NCBI GenBank assembly: GCA_963836755.1
Contig: CAWIKF010000002.1
Coordinates: 1,888,001-1,952,000 of the forward strand
DNA: 64,000 nucleotides
From: an uncultured Verrucomicrobiae bacterium
GTDB lineage: Bacteria > Verrucomicrobiota > Verrucomicrobiia > Chthoniobacterales > Chthoniobacteraceae
Direction of reading: 5' to 3'
The notes below the pieces were generated by a model that saw nothing but the letters and a program-made list of their open reading frames with translations, was not told the DNA's origin and searched no databases. Numbering within the stretch: position 1 is the stretch's first letter; every line of letters begins with the position of its first letter. Shown piece by piece: positions 18,701 through 29,230 of the stretch. Both the position numbers and the translations under genes were made by a program.

Positions 18701-21289
18701 TTACTCGGAAAAAGTCGTCTCGCCGATGGTGAGATCGTCGATCCCGATCCAATGCTGCCCCTGTGGCGCGCTAATGGGGAAGCTGACTTTCGTTTCCTCG
18801 TCGCGGCCGAGCGTGACCGGCTTCGTGGCTGAAACTTTGCCGTCGAGCAGCAGGTTCACCGCAGTTTTTCCAGCAAGACTTCCTTCGTTGCGAATCGTCA
18901 CTTCGACGCTTTTGTTCTTCGAATTGCCGGAGGGGAGCAGGCGCAGGTTGCGATAGACGAAGACCGGGTGGTAGGGGGCCTTGATGAGGCCGGTGATGGT
19001 GTTGTTGCCGCCGTAGTAGTGCCAGAGCCAGCCGTCGTGGATGATGGTCTGGCCAGGGAAAACGGAGCCGTTGGTGAAAGTCGCCTCGTTCAAGTCGCCG
19101 GTGGGCGCGTCGCCGTAGTAGTCGGGCAGGTAGGGGAGGTCGCCGCGCGAGAGGACTTTGGTCGGGTCGCTTCCGCTCAAGATGTCTTCCACATTGGTGC
19201 AAAGGCGGTTGCCGGAGATGCGGTCTTTGCCGTTGACCTTGGTGCCGGCCTGGGTTTCCACCCGCAGATTGTGATCGGCATCGACGAAGATGTCGCCCGC
19301 GCATTCGTGGCCATCGCACCAGCGGTCGGGTTTCCCAGTGTAATCGGCGGTGCCCATTTTGACCCAGTCGTGAAGATCGTTCGAGAGATAGATGCCGCCT
19401 TCCTCGATGGCTGCGAGGTAGCGGTATTTTTGTCCATTGAAAGCAAACTCGGGGATCTGCTGCTCGTTGTGAGTGTCGATCATACCGCCGATCTTTCCTT
19501 TCACTGGCAGATCCCACGGCTCGGAGTAATGGATGCCGTCTTCGCTGCTGGCCATGAGTTCGTGAACGGGGGATTTGGTGCTATAGCGCTCGAGGAAATA
19601 CAGATTCGTTCCCGCAGGCTGGAGCAGGTCGGGGTCTTCCTCGCTGTCGCGCCCCGGAATCTTTTTGATGATCGGGTTGTGCTCATCCTTGGTCCAATGG
19701 ACGCCGTCGGTGCTGGTGGCCACACCGAGTTCGCTGTCGGGACCGCCATTGGGCGGCGCCGGGATCGGGTTGCCGCGGTAAACCATATACCAGTGGTTGC
19801 CTTTCACGATGACGGCGTTATTCAAAACGCCGCGCGAATCCCAACTGCCGGGCGGGCCGGGGCGCATCACGATTTGATTGGTATCAATGTCCCACGGGTA
19901 GGCTTTGCGATTGATCCGCCGGTAGGCGAGCTGCTGAAAATGCGCTTTGCCTTGGTTCACCGCCAGCATCGGATGATCCGGCAGGTTGACATCGGAGAGG
20001 TCTCGCAAGGTGACAAGGTTGCCGCCATCGACATCCATCAACGTTGCCATGACCGCGCAGGAACGGCGGGACCATGCCAGCTTTAACTGATACGCGACGC
20101 CCGGCTTCAGCGCGGCGGGAGACGATGCGATCTGCCAGAGATAGGCGCCATCCTGCGTGCGGCTCTCCTTCCATGCGGGGAGTTGATAAGCCTTCGGCGT
20201 GATCGCCAAGATGGAGTAACTTTTCACGATTCGCTCGAGGTTCAGCGTCCCACTGGCGGCATCGATCGTGGCGCGGATGCAGGTGCCGTCGGCGTCCGTG
20301 AAGCCGGCCGAGGCAGAGCTGGTCGCGTCGTCGAGCGTGACCATTGTCGAGACCTCGCCTTCGCTCACACCGAGGCTGACGTTCTTCACGTAAGCCGAGG
20401 AATTCGGCGCTCCCGCGAGCGACTTTTTTCCATCGGTAGAGTCCGCGGAGGCCACCCCATGGTTGACGTAGTTTGAGAGATCACCGGCGTCAAAGTTGTC
20501 GCTGTAATCGCGATCGGGATAAGGCGCAGGCGGGCCGGCCGTGAAGCGAAAGCAATTCGAGCGCTGCTTTTCTTTCTTCGGCCCTTCAGCGACCACATAC
20601 CAGTGATGCTCGCCCGCGCCCGGATTTTTCACTTCGAGAAAAGTCTTCTTTGTCGGCGATTGCGGAGCGTCGTCGAGATAGACGGTGTAGTTAACGTCCT
20701 TCCCGAGGCTGGTCCATTGCAGGACCGGATTTCCCTCCTCAAAACATGCGCCGTTCGGGGCGACGAGGCGGAAACCTTCATCGCTGGTCAAGTCGATGGC
20801 GTTAAACTCCATGGCGTATCCCTGGCTTTGCGAGTTCTTCCCTTCCACCTGCAAACGAAGGATTGCCTTGCCCGCTTTCAGGAAAGTGCAGTTGCCAAAG
20901 TCGAGCGTCCGCGGCGAGCGAGACGCGGCGAACAAGTCCTGCGCCTCCCCTTGCTTCACTCCATCAACGAACGCCTGGACTTTTGCGGAGGAATTGCCGG
21001 CAAACGCCTGCACCGTGAGTTTGTAAGTTCCCGCTTCGGGAATCTGGAGCACGTATTCCACCCATTGGCCGACGGCGAAGGTCCCGTAAAAATGGGAGTC
21101 GAAGCCGGGCTCACCGAAGTGGAGCCAGTTCAAGTTTGGCGGGAAGGAACGTGAGACCAGTTCTTCGGATTTAAAATCGAGCGAAGCGCCCGCAGCAGAA
21201 GTCGCGGAAACGCCGTTGGGCAAACCGCCCAGCGAAAGTAACAGCGCCGTTCCTACCGGAAGAAAAAGCGCATGTGAAAGAAGCTTCAC
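18701..21289 (-). CDS. Secreted multidomain glycoside hydrolase (CBM6/35-like, FN3-like, GH130/GH43-type beta-propeller, CARDB-like)
   Basis: GQWVEYVLQIPEAGTY (CBM-like); WYMVYRG, STDGVHWTK, EEDPD, YYGGNN propeller motifs; VEVTIRNEGS C-terminal Ig domain. Confidence 0.75.
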   Translation of the reverse strand: MKLLSHALFLPVGTALLLSLGGLPNGVSATSAAGASLDFKSEELVSRSFPPNLNWLHFGEPGFDSHFYGTFAVGQWVEYVLQIPEAGTYKLTVQAFAGNSSAKVQAFVDGVKQGEAQDLFAASRSPRTLDFGNCTFLKAGKAILRLQVEGKNSQSQGYAMEFNAIDLTSDEGFRLVAPNGACFEEGNPVLQWTSLGKDVNYTVYLDDAPQSPTKKTFLEVKNPGAGEHHWYVVAEGPKKEKQRSNCFRFTAGPPAPYPDRDYSDNFDAGDLSNYVNHGVASADSTDGKKSLAGAPNSSAYVKNVSLGVSEGEVSTMVTLDDATSSASAGFTDADGTCIRATIDAASGTLNLERIVKSYSILAITPKAYQLPAWKESRTQDGAYLWQIASSPAALKPGVAYQLKLAWSRRSCAVMATLMDVDGGNLVTLRDLSDVNLPDHPMLAVNQGKAHFQQLAYRRINRKAYPWDIDTNQIVMRPGPPGSWDSRGVLNNAVIVKGNHWYMVYRGNPIPAPPNGGPDSELGVATSTDGVHWTKDEHNPIIKKIPGRDSEEDPDLLQPAGTNLYFLERYSTKSPVHELMASSEDGIHYSEPWDLPVKGKIGGMIDTHNEQQIPEFAFNGQKYRYLAAIEEGGIYLSNDLHDWVKMGTADYTGKPDRWCDGHECAGDIFVDADHNLRVETQAGTKVNGKDRISGNRLCTNVEDILSGSDPTKVLSRGDLPYLPDYYGDAPTGDLNEATFTNGSVFPGQTIIHDGWLWHYYGGNNTITGLIKAPYHPVFVYRNLRLLPSGNSKNKSVEVTIRNEGSLAGKTAVNLLLDGKVSATKPVTLGRDEETKVSFPISAPQGQHWIGIDDLTIGETTFSE

Positions 21290-21340
21290 CGATGTGTATT
21301 GAGTAAAAGTTTGGGCGACAGTTCCCGAAGCTTTACCGCG

Positions 21341-22588
21341 TCACTTCACCGGTGCGTTCGCCAGCCCGACAAACCGGTCCCCGGCGCCATAGTAGAGATA
21401 CCATTGGCCATCGCGCTGGATGATGCAGTTGGTCCAGAGACAATTTTTGTTTTGCCCGCTTTCGTAGGGTTCGCGCGGCTTCATGATGCAATCGTCGAGT
21501 TTGCCGGTCGTCGTGGTAAGGTCGTTCTTGTTAATCAGCATCTCGGAGATGGCGTAAAACCATTTGCCTTTGCCGTTCAAGGTGCCGGCGATGAAAAGGA
21601 CGATGTTGTCAGGATTGGCCGACGAGGAGTCGATCACGGCCACGCAAGGTTCGTAGGGACCGCCCCAGCCCGGGGGAAGTTTGACGCCGCTGAGGTTCAC
21701 CGTCGGCGTCCAAGTGAGCATGTCGTCCGAGTAGCTGATCTTGAAGTTGCCGTTGCCGCAATACATGACGTATTTGCCGTTGACCTTCACCGGCGTCCCG
21801 TTTGGATCGGAGAGCACAGCGGCATTCTTCGTCCCGCTCACCACCGAGCCGAGCTTCTTCCAGTGAATCGCATCGGGCGAAGTCGCTTCGCAGATAGCCA
21901 TGTGCCTGTTGAGGTCGTTGCCGGTGTAGAAGGCGTAATAGGTATCGCCGAGCTTAAAAAGCCGCGCGTCCTCGGCGCCATAATTTTTCTCGTTCGGCCC
22001 CGTCTTGTCGATGACCGGGTCCGGCTTGCTCTCAAAGGTCACGCCATCCGTGCTCTCTGCGTAGCCTTCGGTGGAGGGCCAGCTCCTGTCCTGCGCGCGG
22101 TAGAGCATGTGAAACTTCCCATCGGCATAGACCACACCGGGATTGAAAGCATTCTTCGACTCCCAAGTCGTGCCTTGGGGACTGAGAATCGGATTTTTTC
22201 CATAACGAACGAACGGGCCGATGGCCCACGCCGGCCAACTTTCCGGAGGATCGACCGTGAACGCAGAAGGGCTGGAAGAAACCGCATCGCCGCTGGCAGG
22301 GATGGCTTTGATGGACCAATGATGCACACCCGGCGCGAGCGGAGTCGTGAGTGCGTAATTCAAGACCGGCCCCGCGGCTCCCTTGGTCTCGCCTACTTTA
22401 GCGTCATCGACATAGACCTCGTAGTTTTTTGAGCCAGGAATTTCTTTCCAGAACAACAAAGGTTTGGCGACCGGGAAATGATCGTCATTTTTAGGCGAGC
22501 AAAGTTCCAAAGTCGCCGGAGCTGCCTCAAGCCGGAAAGCAGTGAGAGCCAGGAGAAGAACGGTGGTGAAGCTGAGCTTGTTTTTCAT
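21341..22588 (-). CDS. Secreted GH130-like glycosidase with N-terminal FN3-like module
   Basis: Signal peptide; WESKNAFNPGVV, MLYRAQD, AEDARL, TKNAAV, YEP, YYGAGD. Confidence 0.82.
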   Translation of the reverse strand: MKNKLSFTTVLLLALTAFRLEAAPATLELCSPKNDDHFPVAKPLLFWKEIPGSKNYEVYVDDAKVGETKGAAGPVLNYALTTPLAPGVHHWSIKAIPASGDAVSSSPSAFTVDPPESWPAWAIGPFVRYGKNPILSPQGTTWESKNAFNPGVVYADGKFHMLYRAQDRSWPSTEGYAESTDGVTFESKPDPVIDKTGPNEKNYGAEDARLFKLGDTYYAFYTGNDLNRHMAICEATSPDAIHWKKLGSVVSGTKNAAVLSDPNGTPVKVNGKYVMYCGNGNFKISYSDDMLTWTPTVNLSGVKLPPGWGGPYEPCVAVIDSSSANPDNIVLFIAGTLNGKGKWFYAISEMLINKNDLTTTTGKLDDCIMKPREPYESGQNKNCLWTNCIIQRDGQWYLYYGAGDRFVGLANAPVK

Positions 22589-22763
22589 AAGGGGAGCAAA
22601 GTTTCTATTTCGATCGGAACCGGAGATTTAGTTTCCCCGCGAAATGGGAAGCAAGTTTTTTCAAAAATGTTTTCACGCTACTTCGCTTGCAAACCCACTT
22701 GTCGGCGATTCCGGTTCGTGCATAGTAGCTGCCCTACGCAACGCCGCACGCGTAGCGCAATTC

Positions 22764-22836
22764 GCACCGTTAGCTCAACTGGCAGAGCACGTGACTCTTA
22801 ATCACTAGGTTGAAGGTTCGATTCCTTCACGGTGCA
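22764..22836 (+). tRNA. tRNA-Lys (anticodon CTT)
   Basis: GCACCGTTAGCTCAACTGGCAGAGCACGTGACTCTTAATCACTAGGTTGAAGGTTCGATTCCTTCACGGTGCA; CCA not encoded. Confidence 0.93.
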
Positions 22837-22840
22837 CATC

Positions 22841-22877
22841 ATCGGCTGCCGATGGCTTGAGGCGCCGCCGATTTTTT
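22841..22877 (+). terminator. Probable rho-independent terminator after tRNA-Lys
   Basis: ATCGGC...GCCGAT stem followed by a T run. Confidence 0.55.
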
Positions 22878-22880
22878 GCG

Positions 22881-23288
22881 TCAGCTTTTGTCGATGCTGT
22901 ATTTGCCGGGCCCGATGACGACAAGGCTCGCAAAGACAATCGCCAGCTCAATGGGACGCGAAGCCACGCTCTGAAAATCTTTCTTTTCTTTTAGCATTTT
23001 CGTGGAGGCGACGAGCATGGTGATCGTCAGCAGAATGCACGCGGGGCGAAAAAAAAGACCGAGAATGAGAAAGATGCCGCCAAAGCATTCCGAGAACGCC
23101 GCCATGAAGCCCCACACTTTCGGGTAGCCGTGGATGCCGACAAAGTTGATCGCCTTTCCGAGCACTGCCCAGCCTGCCGGTCCGCTCATGATTTTCGGCG
23201 CGCCGTGGATGATGAACATGATGCCGAGGCCGATGCGAAGAAAAAGCAGCGCGCCTTCGCGGTAGCGGTTGAGAAAGCTCAGGATCAT
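22881..23288 (-). CDS. DoxX-family membrane protein
   Basis: LFLRIGLGIMFIIHG, ECFGG, GPGKYSID. Confidence 0.88.
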   Translation of the reverse strand: MILSFLNRYREGALLFLRIGLGIMFIIHGAPKIMSGPAGWAVLGKAINFVGIHGYPKVWGFMAAFSECFGGIFLILGLFFRPACILLTITMLVASTKMLKEKKDFQSVASRPIELAIVFASLVVIGPGKYSIDKS

Positions 23289-23507
23289 GCGCGCGAAGCT
23301 ATTTCCCGCGCCGGTAATTGCCAATTTGAAAATCAGTAGCGCGGCGAATTTTCGGGAGCAAAATGCTGCTGCAGTGGATGAAGGCAACGTTGCGAAAAAA
23401 TATGAACGCAATGGCAATTCCAGCTATTGCCGGAAGCCTCTGCGCGAGCCAAAAAGAAACGGCATGAATCGCTTGCCAGAATCGAAAAAACTGACAGCCT
23501 GCCGCCG

Positions 23508-24335
23508 ATGAAAACTTCTTTGACTCTCACGGTTGCCGGTGTGGCCTTGGTCGCCGGCGTGTTCACCTCCACATTTTCCGCTCCCGCTTTTGCCGAAGAT
23601 GCTCCTGCCGAAAAGGCGCAGGTGCTTTTGGACAAAGTGAAAAAAAGTCAGCTCGATCGGCAGCTCGCGGAGAAGCAGACGACGATCGATCGTCTGCACG
23701 AAGATCTCGATCACAACAAAAAGGACGCGGAAAGTTTGCAGCAGACGATCGACGCGACGGCAAATCTCATCAACGACAGCACGAAGCATTACGAAGAATT
23801 GAGCGCCGAGCGCCGCCGCTTGCAGCACGACCTCAATCTCACCATCGCCCGCATCGACGCCGAGACGCAGCGCCTCGACGGCTTGCGCAACCTCAGCACC
23901 GCGCAAGGCAAATCGCTGAGCGCGCTCAATCGCCACATCGAGGAAATCGACGTCCGCAGCCAGCTTCATACAGCGGAGATGAAGGCGATGGCCGACGGCA
24001 AGCTGCAAGCCGGCGAAGAAATTGACGACAAAAAGCATCCCGACCTGATGAAGCTCCGCAAGGAACTCTACACGTCCGAGGCGAAGACGGAGTCGGAGGA
24101 AAAGGCGGCGCGCATCGCGATGAAAGCCGCTGCTTCCAAAGTTCAGGCCGCCGACATGGCGGCAGCGCGCGTGCAAAAACTTTCCGCGGAAGTTGCATCC
24201 GAGGAAACGGGTTCCGGTGCGAAACCTGTCACCGCGAAGGCTGTGCCAAAATCTTCAAACTCGCTCGCGCCGATCGGTGAAAAATTGCCGCCGAAAACTT
24301 TGGCGAAGCCCAGCGCGACGCCGACGAAACATTGA
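23508..24335 (+). CDS. Hypothetical secreted coiled-coil protein
   Basis: Signal peptide ending APAFA, long heptad-rich region, low-complexity tail. Confidence 0.75.
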   Translation: MKTSLTLTVAGVALVAGVFTSTFSAPAFAEDAPAEKAQVLLDKVKKSQLDRQLAEKQTTIDRLHEDLDHNKKDAESLQQTIDATANLINDSTKHYEELSAERRRLQHDLNLTIARIDAETQRLDGLRNLSTAQGKSLSALNRHIEEIDVRSQLHTAEMKAMADGKLQAGEEIDDKKHPDLMKLRKELYTSEAKTESEEKAARIAMKAAASKVQAADMAAARVQKLSAEVASEETGSGAKPVTAKAVPKSSNSLAPIGEKLPPKTLAKPSATPTKH

Positions 24336-24350
24336 CGCGCTGCGCTGCGC

Positions 24351-25631
24351 CTAAAATTCCTCGATCGTCAATTTGATGTCGTCGAGCTTGTGCAGCAGCA
24401 GATCGTGGTCGGCCAGAAATTCATCGCGCGTCGCAAGCGTCTTGAATTTTACCTTCGGTTTCTCCTGCGCCATTTCATCGCCGTAGAGAATCGCGATGCG
24501 CGCGCCGATTTGCTCCGCGGTCTGAAACTGTTTGCCGACCTTTGCGGGCGCCAGCGAGAAATCGACGCGGAACCCGAGCTCGCGCAGACGCTGCGCATCC
24601 GATAGCGCGACGATGCGAAATTCCTCCTTCGCGATGACGAGATAAATCTGCGCGCTCGGCCGCTGCGAGATCCAGCGCTGCATTTTTTCCAGCGCGTGCG
24701 GCGTCTCGTCAATCAGTTCGCCCAGAACGACGTCGCCCATTCCGAAACCGAGCGCGGGGAGCGCCGTTTTACCGTCGCTCATGTCGCGCAGCAGATTGTC
24801 GTAGCGTCCGCCGCCGGCGAGCGCGCGGAGATTTTTACCGCAATCGAAAACCTCAAAAACCAGGCCTGTATAATAAGCAAGACCGCGGACGATCAGCGGA
24901 TCGAGTTTGTAAAAACGCCTCAAGCCGCGCGCATCGAGCTCTGCCGACAGTTCGTTAAACTTCTTAAAATTCTCGCCGGGATTTTCAATAAACCCGCGGA
25001 CGCTCTCGATGCTCAGTCCGAACGCCTCCAACTTTTTCGCCGTCTCTTGCGGCGACTCGCGTTCCATTTTGTCGATGATCTGCAAAAACTCCGGCGCGCG
25101 CGCCGAGGCGATATTTTTCGCGGCGAGAAAAGCCAGCCACGCATCGCGGTCGCTCACGCGCACGACGAAATCTTTTTCCGTGAATCCAAAGCTGCGCAGC
25201 ACATCGATCATCAGCGCGATCATCTCTGCATCGGCAGCGACGCCTGGCTCGCCGATGATGTCGCAGTTGAGCTGGAAAAACTCGCGCAGCCGACCGCGCT
25301 GCTGTTTTTCGTAGCGGAAACATTGCGGCATCGCGAACCACTTCAGCGGCTTTTTGAAATCGCGTTCGCGCGCCGCGACCATCCGCGCGAGCGTCGGCGT
25401 CATCTCCGGGCGCAACGCGACGGCGCGTTCACCTTTATCGACAAAGTTGAACAACTGTTTCACGATCTCGGTGCCGCTTTTTTTGCGGTAAAGTTCCTCG
25501 TTTTCCAAAACCGGCCCGTCATATTCGACGAAACCATAGCGGCGGCAGACCTCGCGCCAATGGGTTAGAATGTAGTAGCGGCGCACGCACTCATCGGGGA
25601 AAAAATCGCGGAAACCGGGAAGGATTTGCAT
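24351..25631 (-). CDS. hisS: Histidine--tRNA ligase
   Basis: PGFRDF, LRPEMTP, FRYEKQQRGRLREFFQ, VRGLAYYTG, GGGRYDNL. Confidence 0.96.
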   Translation of the reverse strand: MQILPGFRDFFPDECVRRYYILTHWREVCRRYGFVEYDGPVLENEELYRKKSGTEIVKQLFNFVDKGERAVALRPEMTPTLARMVAARERDFKKPLKWFAMPQCFRYEKQQRGRLREFFQLNCDIIGEPGVAADAEMIALMIDVLRSFGFTEKDFVVRVSDRDAWLAFLAAKNIASARAPEFLQIIDKMERESPQETAKKLEAFGLSIESVRGFIENPGENFKKFNELSAELDARGLRRFYKLDPLIVRGLAYYTGLVFEVFDCGKNLRALAGGGRYDNLLRDMSDGKTALPALGFGMGDVVLGELIDETPHALEKMQRWISQRPSAQIYLVIAKEEFRIVALSDAQRLRELGFRVDFSLAPAKVGKQFQTAEQIGARIAILYGDEMAQEKPKVKFKTLATRDEFLADHDLLLHKLDDIKLTIEEF

Positions 25632-25733
25632 GGGTTGGAGGCAAAGATCAATGCGAATGGAGCAACGATAGTCGAGCAAATCATCGCGCGGTTCCATGTT
25701 TCTTCGATGCGCATCCGCAGCTAATTTTTACGC

Positions 25734-26786
25734 GTGCTCACCGATCTTTCGCTCCGGAACTTTCGCTGCTTTCATGCGCTCGCGTGCGAGTTCGCGCCAG
25801 GGATGAATGTATTCGTCGGGCCAAACGCGCAGGGGAAGTCGTCGCTGCTGGAAGCCGTCTGCGTGCTGCTGCGGCTGCAATCGCCGCGCATCGCAAAGCT
25901 CGGCCACGCGATCCGGCACGAGCAGCGCGGTTTCGTGCTCGACGGATATTTCGCGCAGCGGCACATGCAGTTTTATTTTTCCCGCGAGCGGAAAAAACTT
26001 GCTCTCGATTCCGTGGAGCAAAAGTCCGCGCGGCAATATCTCGAGGTCGCGTCGGTGGTGCATTTTTCAAACGCGGACATCGAGATCGTGCGCGGCGCGG
26101 CCGAGCAGCGGCGGCGTTTCATGGATTTTGTCGCCGCGCAGATGGACGGCAGCTATCGCAAAAGATTGCGCGATTATGAGCGCGCACTGCGTTCGCGGAA
26201 CTTTTTGCTGAAAGCCGCGCGGCAAAATTGGCGCGAAATCTCCGCGTTCGATCGACCGCTGGTCGAAGCAGGCGATTATGTGACTGCGGTGCGCCGACGG
26301 CTGGCGACGGAGCTGGAGCCTCACGCGGCGGCAGCGCAATCGGGAATTACGAGCCAAAACGAAACATTGACGCTCCGTTACACGAGCGGCAGCGCAGAAA
26401 ATTTCGCCGATGAACTGGAAAAGACGCGCGACGAGGATTCGCGTCTTCGCCAGACAAATTGCGGTCCACATCGTGACGAACTTTTCTTCACGCTGAACGG
26501 CGTCGGCGCGGAAATCGCGAGCGAAGGGCAGCAGCGCTCGATCGTGCTTTCGCTCAAGCTCGCGCAAACGCGTTTGCTCGCTTTGAAAACCGGTGCGCAG
26601 CCGCTTCTTCTGCTTGACGATATTTTCGGCGAGCTTGATCCGGCGCGGCGCAACGCGCTTTTCGCGAGCCTGCCGCCGGACGCGCAGCAGCTCGTGACGA
26701 CGACGCATCTCGATTGGATGCGGCCGCTGCCTCAGGTGAGGATTTACGATATAAACGCTGGGAAAGTCCGACTGCGCGACGCGTGA
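25734..26786 (+). CDS. recF: DNA replication/repair protein RecF
   Basis: GPNAQGKSSLLEA, RRRFMD, GPHRDEL, SEGQQR, LLLDDIFGELD. Confidence 0.93.
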   Translation: MLTDLSLRNFRCFHALACEFAPGMNVFVGPNAQGKSSLLEAVCVLLRLQSPRIAKLGHAIRHEQRGFVLDGYFAQRHMQFYFSRERKKLALDSVEQKSARQYLEVASVVHFSNADIEIVRGAAEQRRRFMDFVAAQMDGSYRKRLRDYERALRSRNFLLKAARQNWREISAFDRPLVEAGDYVTAVRRRLATELEPHAAAAQSGITSQNETLTLRYTSGSAENFADELEKTRDEDSRLRQTNCGPHRDELFFTLNGVGAEIASEGQQRSIVLSLKLAQTRLLALKTGAQPLLLLDDIFGELDPARRNALFASLPPDAQQLVTTTHLDWMRPLPQVRIYDINAGKVRLRDA

Positions 26787-26788
26787 AT

Positions 26789-27901
26789 TCAGCAGCAATG
26801 CGACTTTGACGCACTGCCGCTTTTTCGATGAACGAAAACGAGCCATGCGCCAAAAGCGATCGCGACGAAGTTGAGCCACGTCGTGTAATTCCACAAGAAT
26901 CCCGCATGCATCATCGCCGCCGAAGCTTGATGCGGTGCGGGCGCGAGGCCGATCGATGTAAAAAGTAAATCGACGACCATGCTGGCGATCACCATCGAAA
27001 GATACAGGACGAGCGCGAGATACGCGGCGAGTTTTGTGCCATAATATTTCCGATAAGCGGACAGCAGCGGCAGCACGAGCAGATCGCCATAAATGAACGC
27101 GATGACGCCGCCGAAGCCGATGCCCGATGACCATAGCAAAGCGGCGAGGGGAATGTTGCCGACGGAACAAACGAAGGACGCAAGCGCGATGAGCGGGCCG
27201 ATTGAAGCGTTTCCGATGAGCCGCAGCGGCGACGGGTTTTGTGTGTCGAAAAGTGCCTTCCACCAATCGTGAGGCACGAGCACCATCAGAAATCCTGCGA
27301 TCACAACGCCGAGGAGGATTTCTTTCCAGAGCATCGAAACATCCATGAAAAATGCATCGGCGATCCGCGACCAAACTTTGATTCCAGTGCCCATTCCATC
27401 GTCCTTGTGAGCATGTTCGCCGTGGTCATGCTGATGGCAGCCGCCGCCGTTTTCGCTGCCGCGTTTGCGCGCCGCGTCGACCAACTTTTGCGGGAGCGTG
27501 ATCGCCATGATGATCCACATGACGCCGATTAAAACGAACGCGCCCACAAATTCCGCGAGCACGAAACGCCAGCCCATCAGCATCCAGAGCACGAGTCCGA
27601 GCTCGGCCACGAGATTGGTCGAGGCAAACATGAACGCGACGGATGGAATGAATGCCGCGCCTTTTTTAAACGCTGTGTTCGCCGTGGCCGACGCTGCGTA
27701 GGAGCAGGACGAGCTCGCGGCGCCGAGTGCAGTGGCGAGGCCGATCTCGCGCCAGCCGGCGCGGCCAAACCATTCCGCCATTTTTTCTTTGCTCACGAAA
27801 ACCTGCATCGCGGCGGAAATCGTGAAGCCGAAGACGAGCGCCCAAAGCATTTCCCAAAGCATCGCGGCCGCGAAATACAAACTCTGCCAAAGCCATTGCA
27901 T
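26789..27901 (-). CDS. DUF318/ArsP-type permease, probably metal-related
   Basis: SSSCSY and FVCSVGNIP motifs, His-rich loop CHQHDHGEHAH, C-terminal HCC. Confidence 0.82.
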   Translation of the reverse strand: MQWLWQSLYFAAAMLWEMLWALVFGFTISAAMQVFVSKEKMAEWFGRAGWREIGLATALGAASSSCSYAASATANTAFKKGAAFIPSVAFMFASTNLVAELGLVLWMLMGWRFVLAEFVGAFVLIGVMWIIMAITLPQKLVDAARKRGSENGGGCHQHDHGEHAHKDDGMGTGIKVWSRIADAFFMDVSMLWKEILLGVVIAGFLMVLVPHDWWKALFDTQNPSPLRLIGNASIGPLIALASFVCSVGNIPLAALLWSSGIGFGGVIAFIYGDLLVLPLLSAYRKYYGTKLAAYLALVLYLSMVIASMVVDLLFTSIGLAPAPHQASAAMMHAGFLWNYTTWLNFVAIAFGAWLVFVHRKSGSASKSHCC

Positions 27902-27937
27902 GTGAAAATCTTCGATCCGCGCGGGGAATATGCGCGG

Positions 27938-29230
27938 CTAAAGTTGCCAGACAGTTTCGCCGGCGACAATCGTCCGAACGGCGCGGCCTTTGACCTGCCA
28001 GCCATCGAACGGCGTGTTGCGCGAGCGCGACGCAAACTTTGTTTTGTCCACAGTCCATTCCAATTGCGGATCGATCAGCGTGACGTCGGCGATTGCGCCG
28101 GGTGAAAGCGTGCCGCGATCGAGCTTCAGCAAACGCGCGGGCTCGATCGTGAGCAGCGCGACGAGGCGCGGCAGATCGATGGCGCGCCTCTTGTGCACAA
28201 GGATGTCGATGAAAAGTCCGAGCTCCGTCTCGAGCCCGACGATGCCGAACGGCGCCATGTCGAACTCGACTTCTTTTTCATAATCGCAATGCGGCGCGTG
28301 GTCGCTGGCGAGGATCGTAATCGTGCCGTCGGCGATGCCGGCGATGAGCGCATCGATGTCCCCGGCCGTGCGCAGCGGCGGATTCATTTTAAAATTTGTG
28401 TCAAAAGCGCGGATCGATTCGTCAGTCAGCGCGATGTGATGCGGACAAACTTCGCCGGAAATTTTGACGCCACGCGCTCGCGCTTCGCGCAAAATGCGCA
28501 CGCTGCCGGCGGCACTGAGATGCTGGCAATGCACAGTTGTCTCACAAAGCTCAGCAAGCTGTGCATTGCGCGCGACGATCACTTCCTCGCCGAGAGATGG
28601 CCAGCCGGGAAGACCGAGTAACGCCGACCAATAGCCCTCATGCATCACGCCTTTGCCGACGAGATTGTAGTCCTGGCAATGGTCCATGATCGGCAGCTCA
28701 AACATGCGCGCGTATTCGAGCGCGCGGCGCATCACCTCATGATTTTGGACGCAATGCCCGTCGTCAGTCAGCGCAACGACGCCCGCGCGATGCATCGCGC
28801 CAATCGGAGCGAGTTCTTCGCCGGCGAGGCTTTTTGTGATCGCGCCGCTTGGAAAAATGTTCACGCATGCTTCGCGAGCCGCGCGATCTTTTACCGATGT
28901 GACGACGCTTGCGTTGTCGATGGCTGGCGAGGTGTTTGGCATGCAGACGACGCTTGTAAAACCGCCCGCCGCCGCCGCGCGCGCGCCGGTCGCGATTGTT
29001 TCCTTCGATGTCTGGCCGGGCTCGCGCAGGTGAACGTGGATGTCGATCAGGCCTGGGGAAACTGTCAGCCCCGTCGCATCGATGACCTCAATTTGCTCGT
29101 CGTGCTTTCGTTCCTTTCCATCGAGATCGATTTTTTCGACGCGGCCGTCGCACAAATAAATGTCGCCGACGCGGTTGAGCGCATTCGCCGGATCGATGAT
29201 GTGGCCGTTGGTGATGAGCGTCCTTTTCAT
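27938..29230 (-). CDS. pyrC: Dihydroorotase
   Basis: [34 protein letters not shown]. Confidence 0.95.
   Translation of the reverse strand: MKRTLITNGHIIDPANALNRVGDIYLCDGRVEKIDLDGKERKHDEQIEVIDATGLTVSPGLIDIHVHLREPGQTSKETIATGARAAAAGGFTSVVCMPNTSPAIDNASVVTSVKDRAAREACVNIFPSGAITKSLAGEELAPIGAMHRAGVVALTDDGHCVQNHEVMRRALEYARMFELPIMDHCQDYNLVGKGVMHEGYWSALLGLPGWPSLGEEVIVARNAQLAELCETTVHCQHLSAAGSVRILREARARGVKISGEVCPHHIALTDESIRAFDTNFKMNPPLRTAGDIDALIAGIADGTITILASDHAPHCDYEKEVEFDMAPFGIVGLETELGLFIDILVHKRRAIDLPRLVALLTIEPARLLKLDRGTLSPGAIADVTLIDPQLEWTVDKTKFASRSRNTPFDGWQVKGRAVRTIVAGETVWQL

Noticed and set aside
11265..22763. tRNA-Lys-anchored genomic island
   Set aside because: The accessory genes lie on the 5' side of the tRNA, and no integrase or duplicated tRNA 3' end was found
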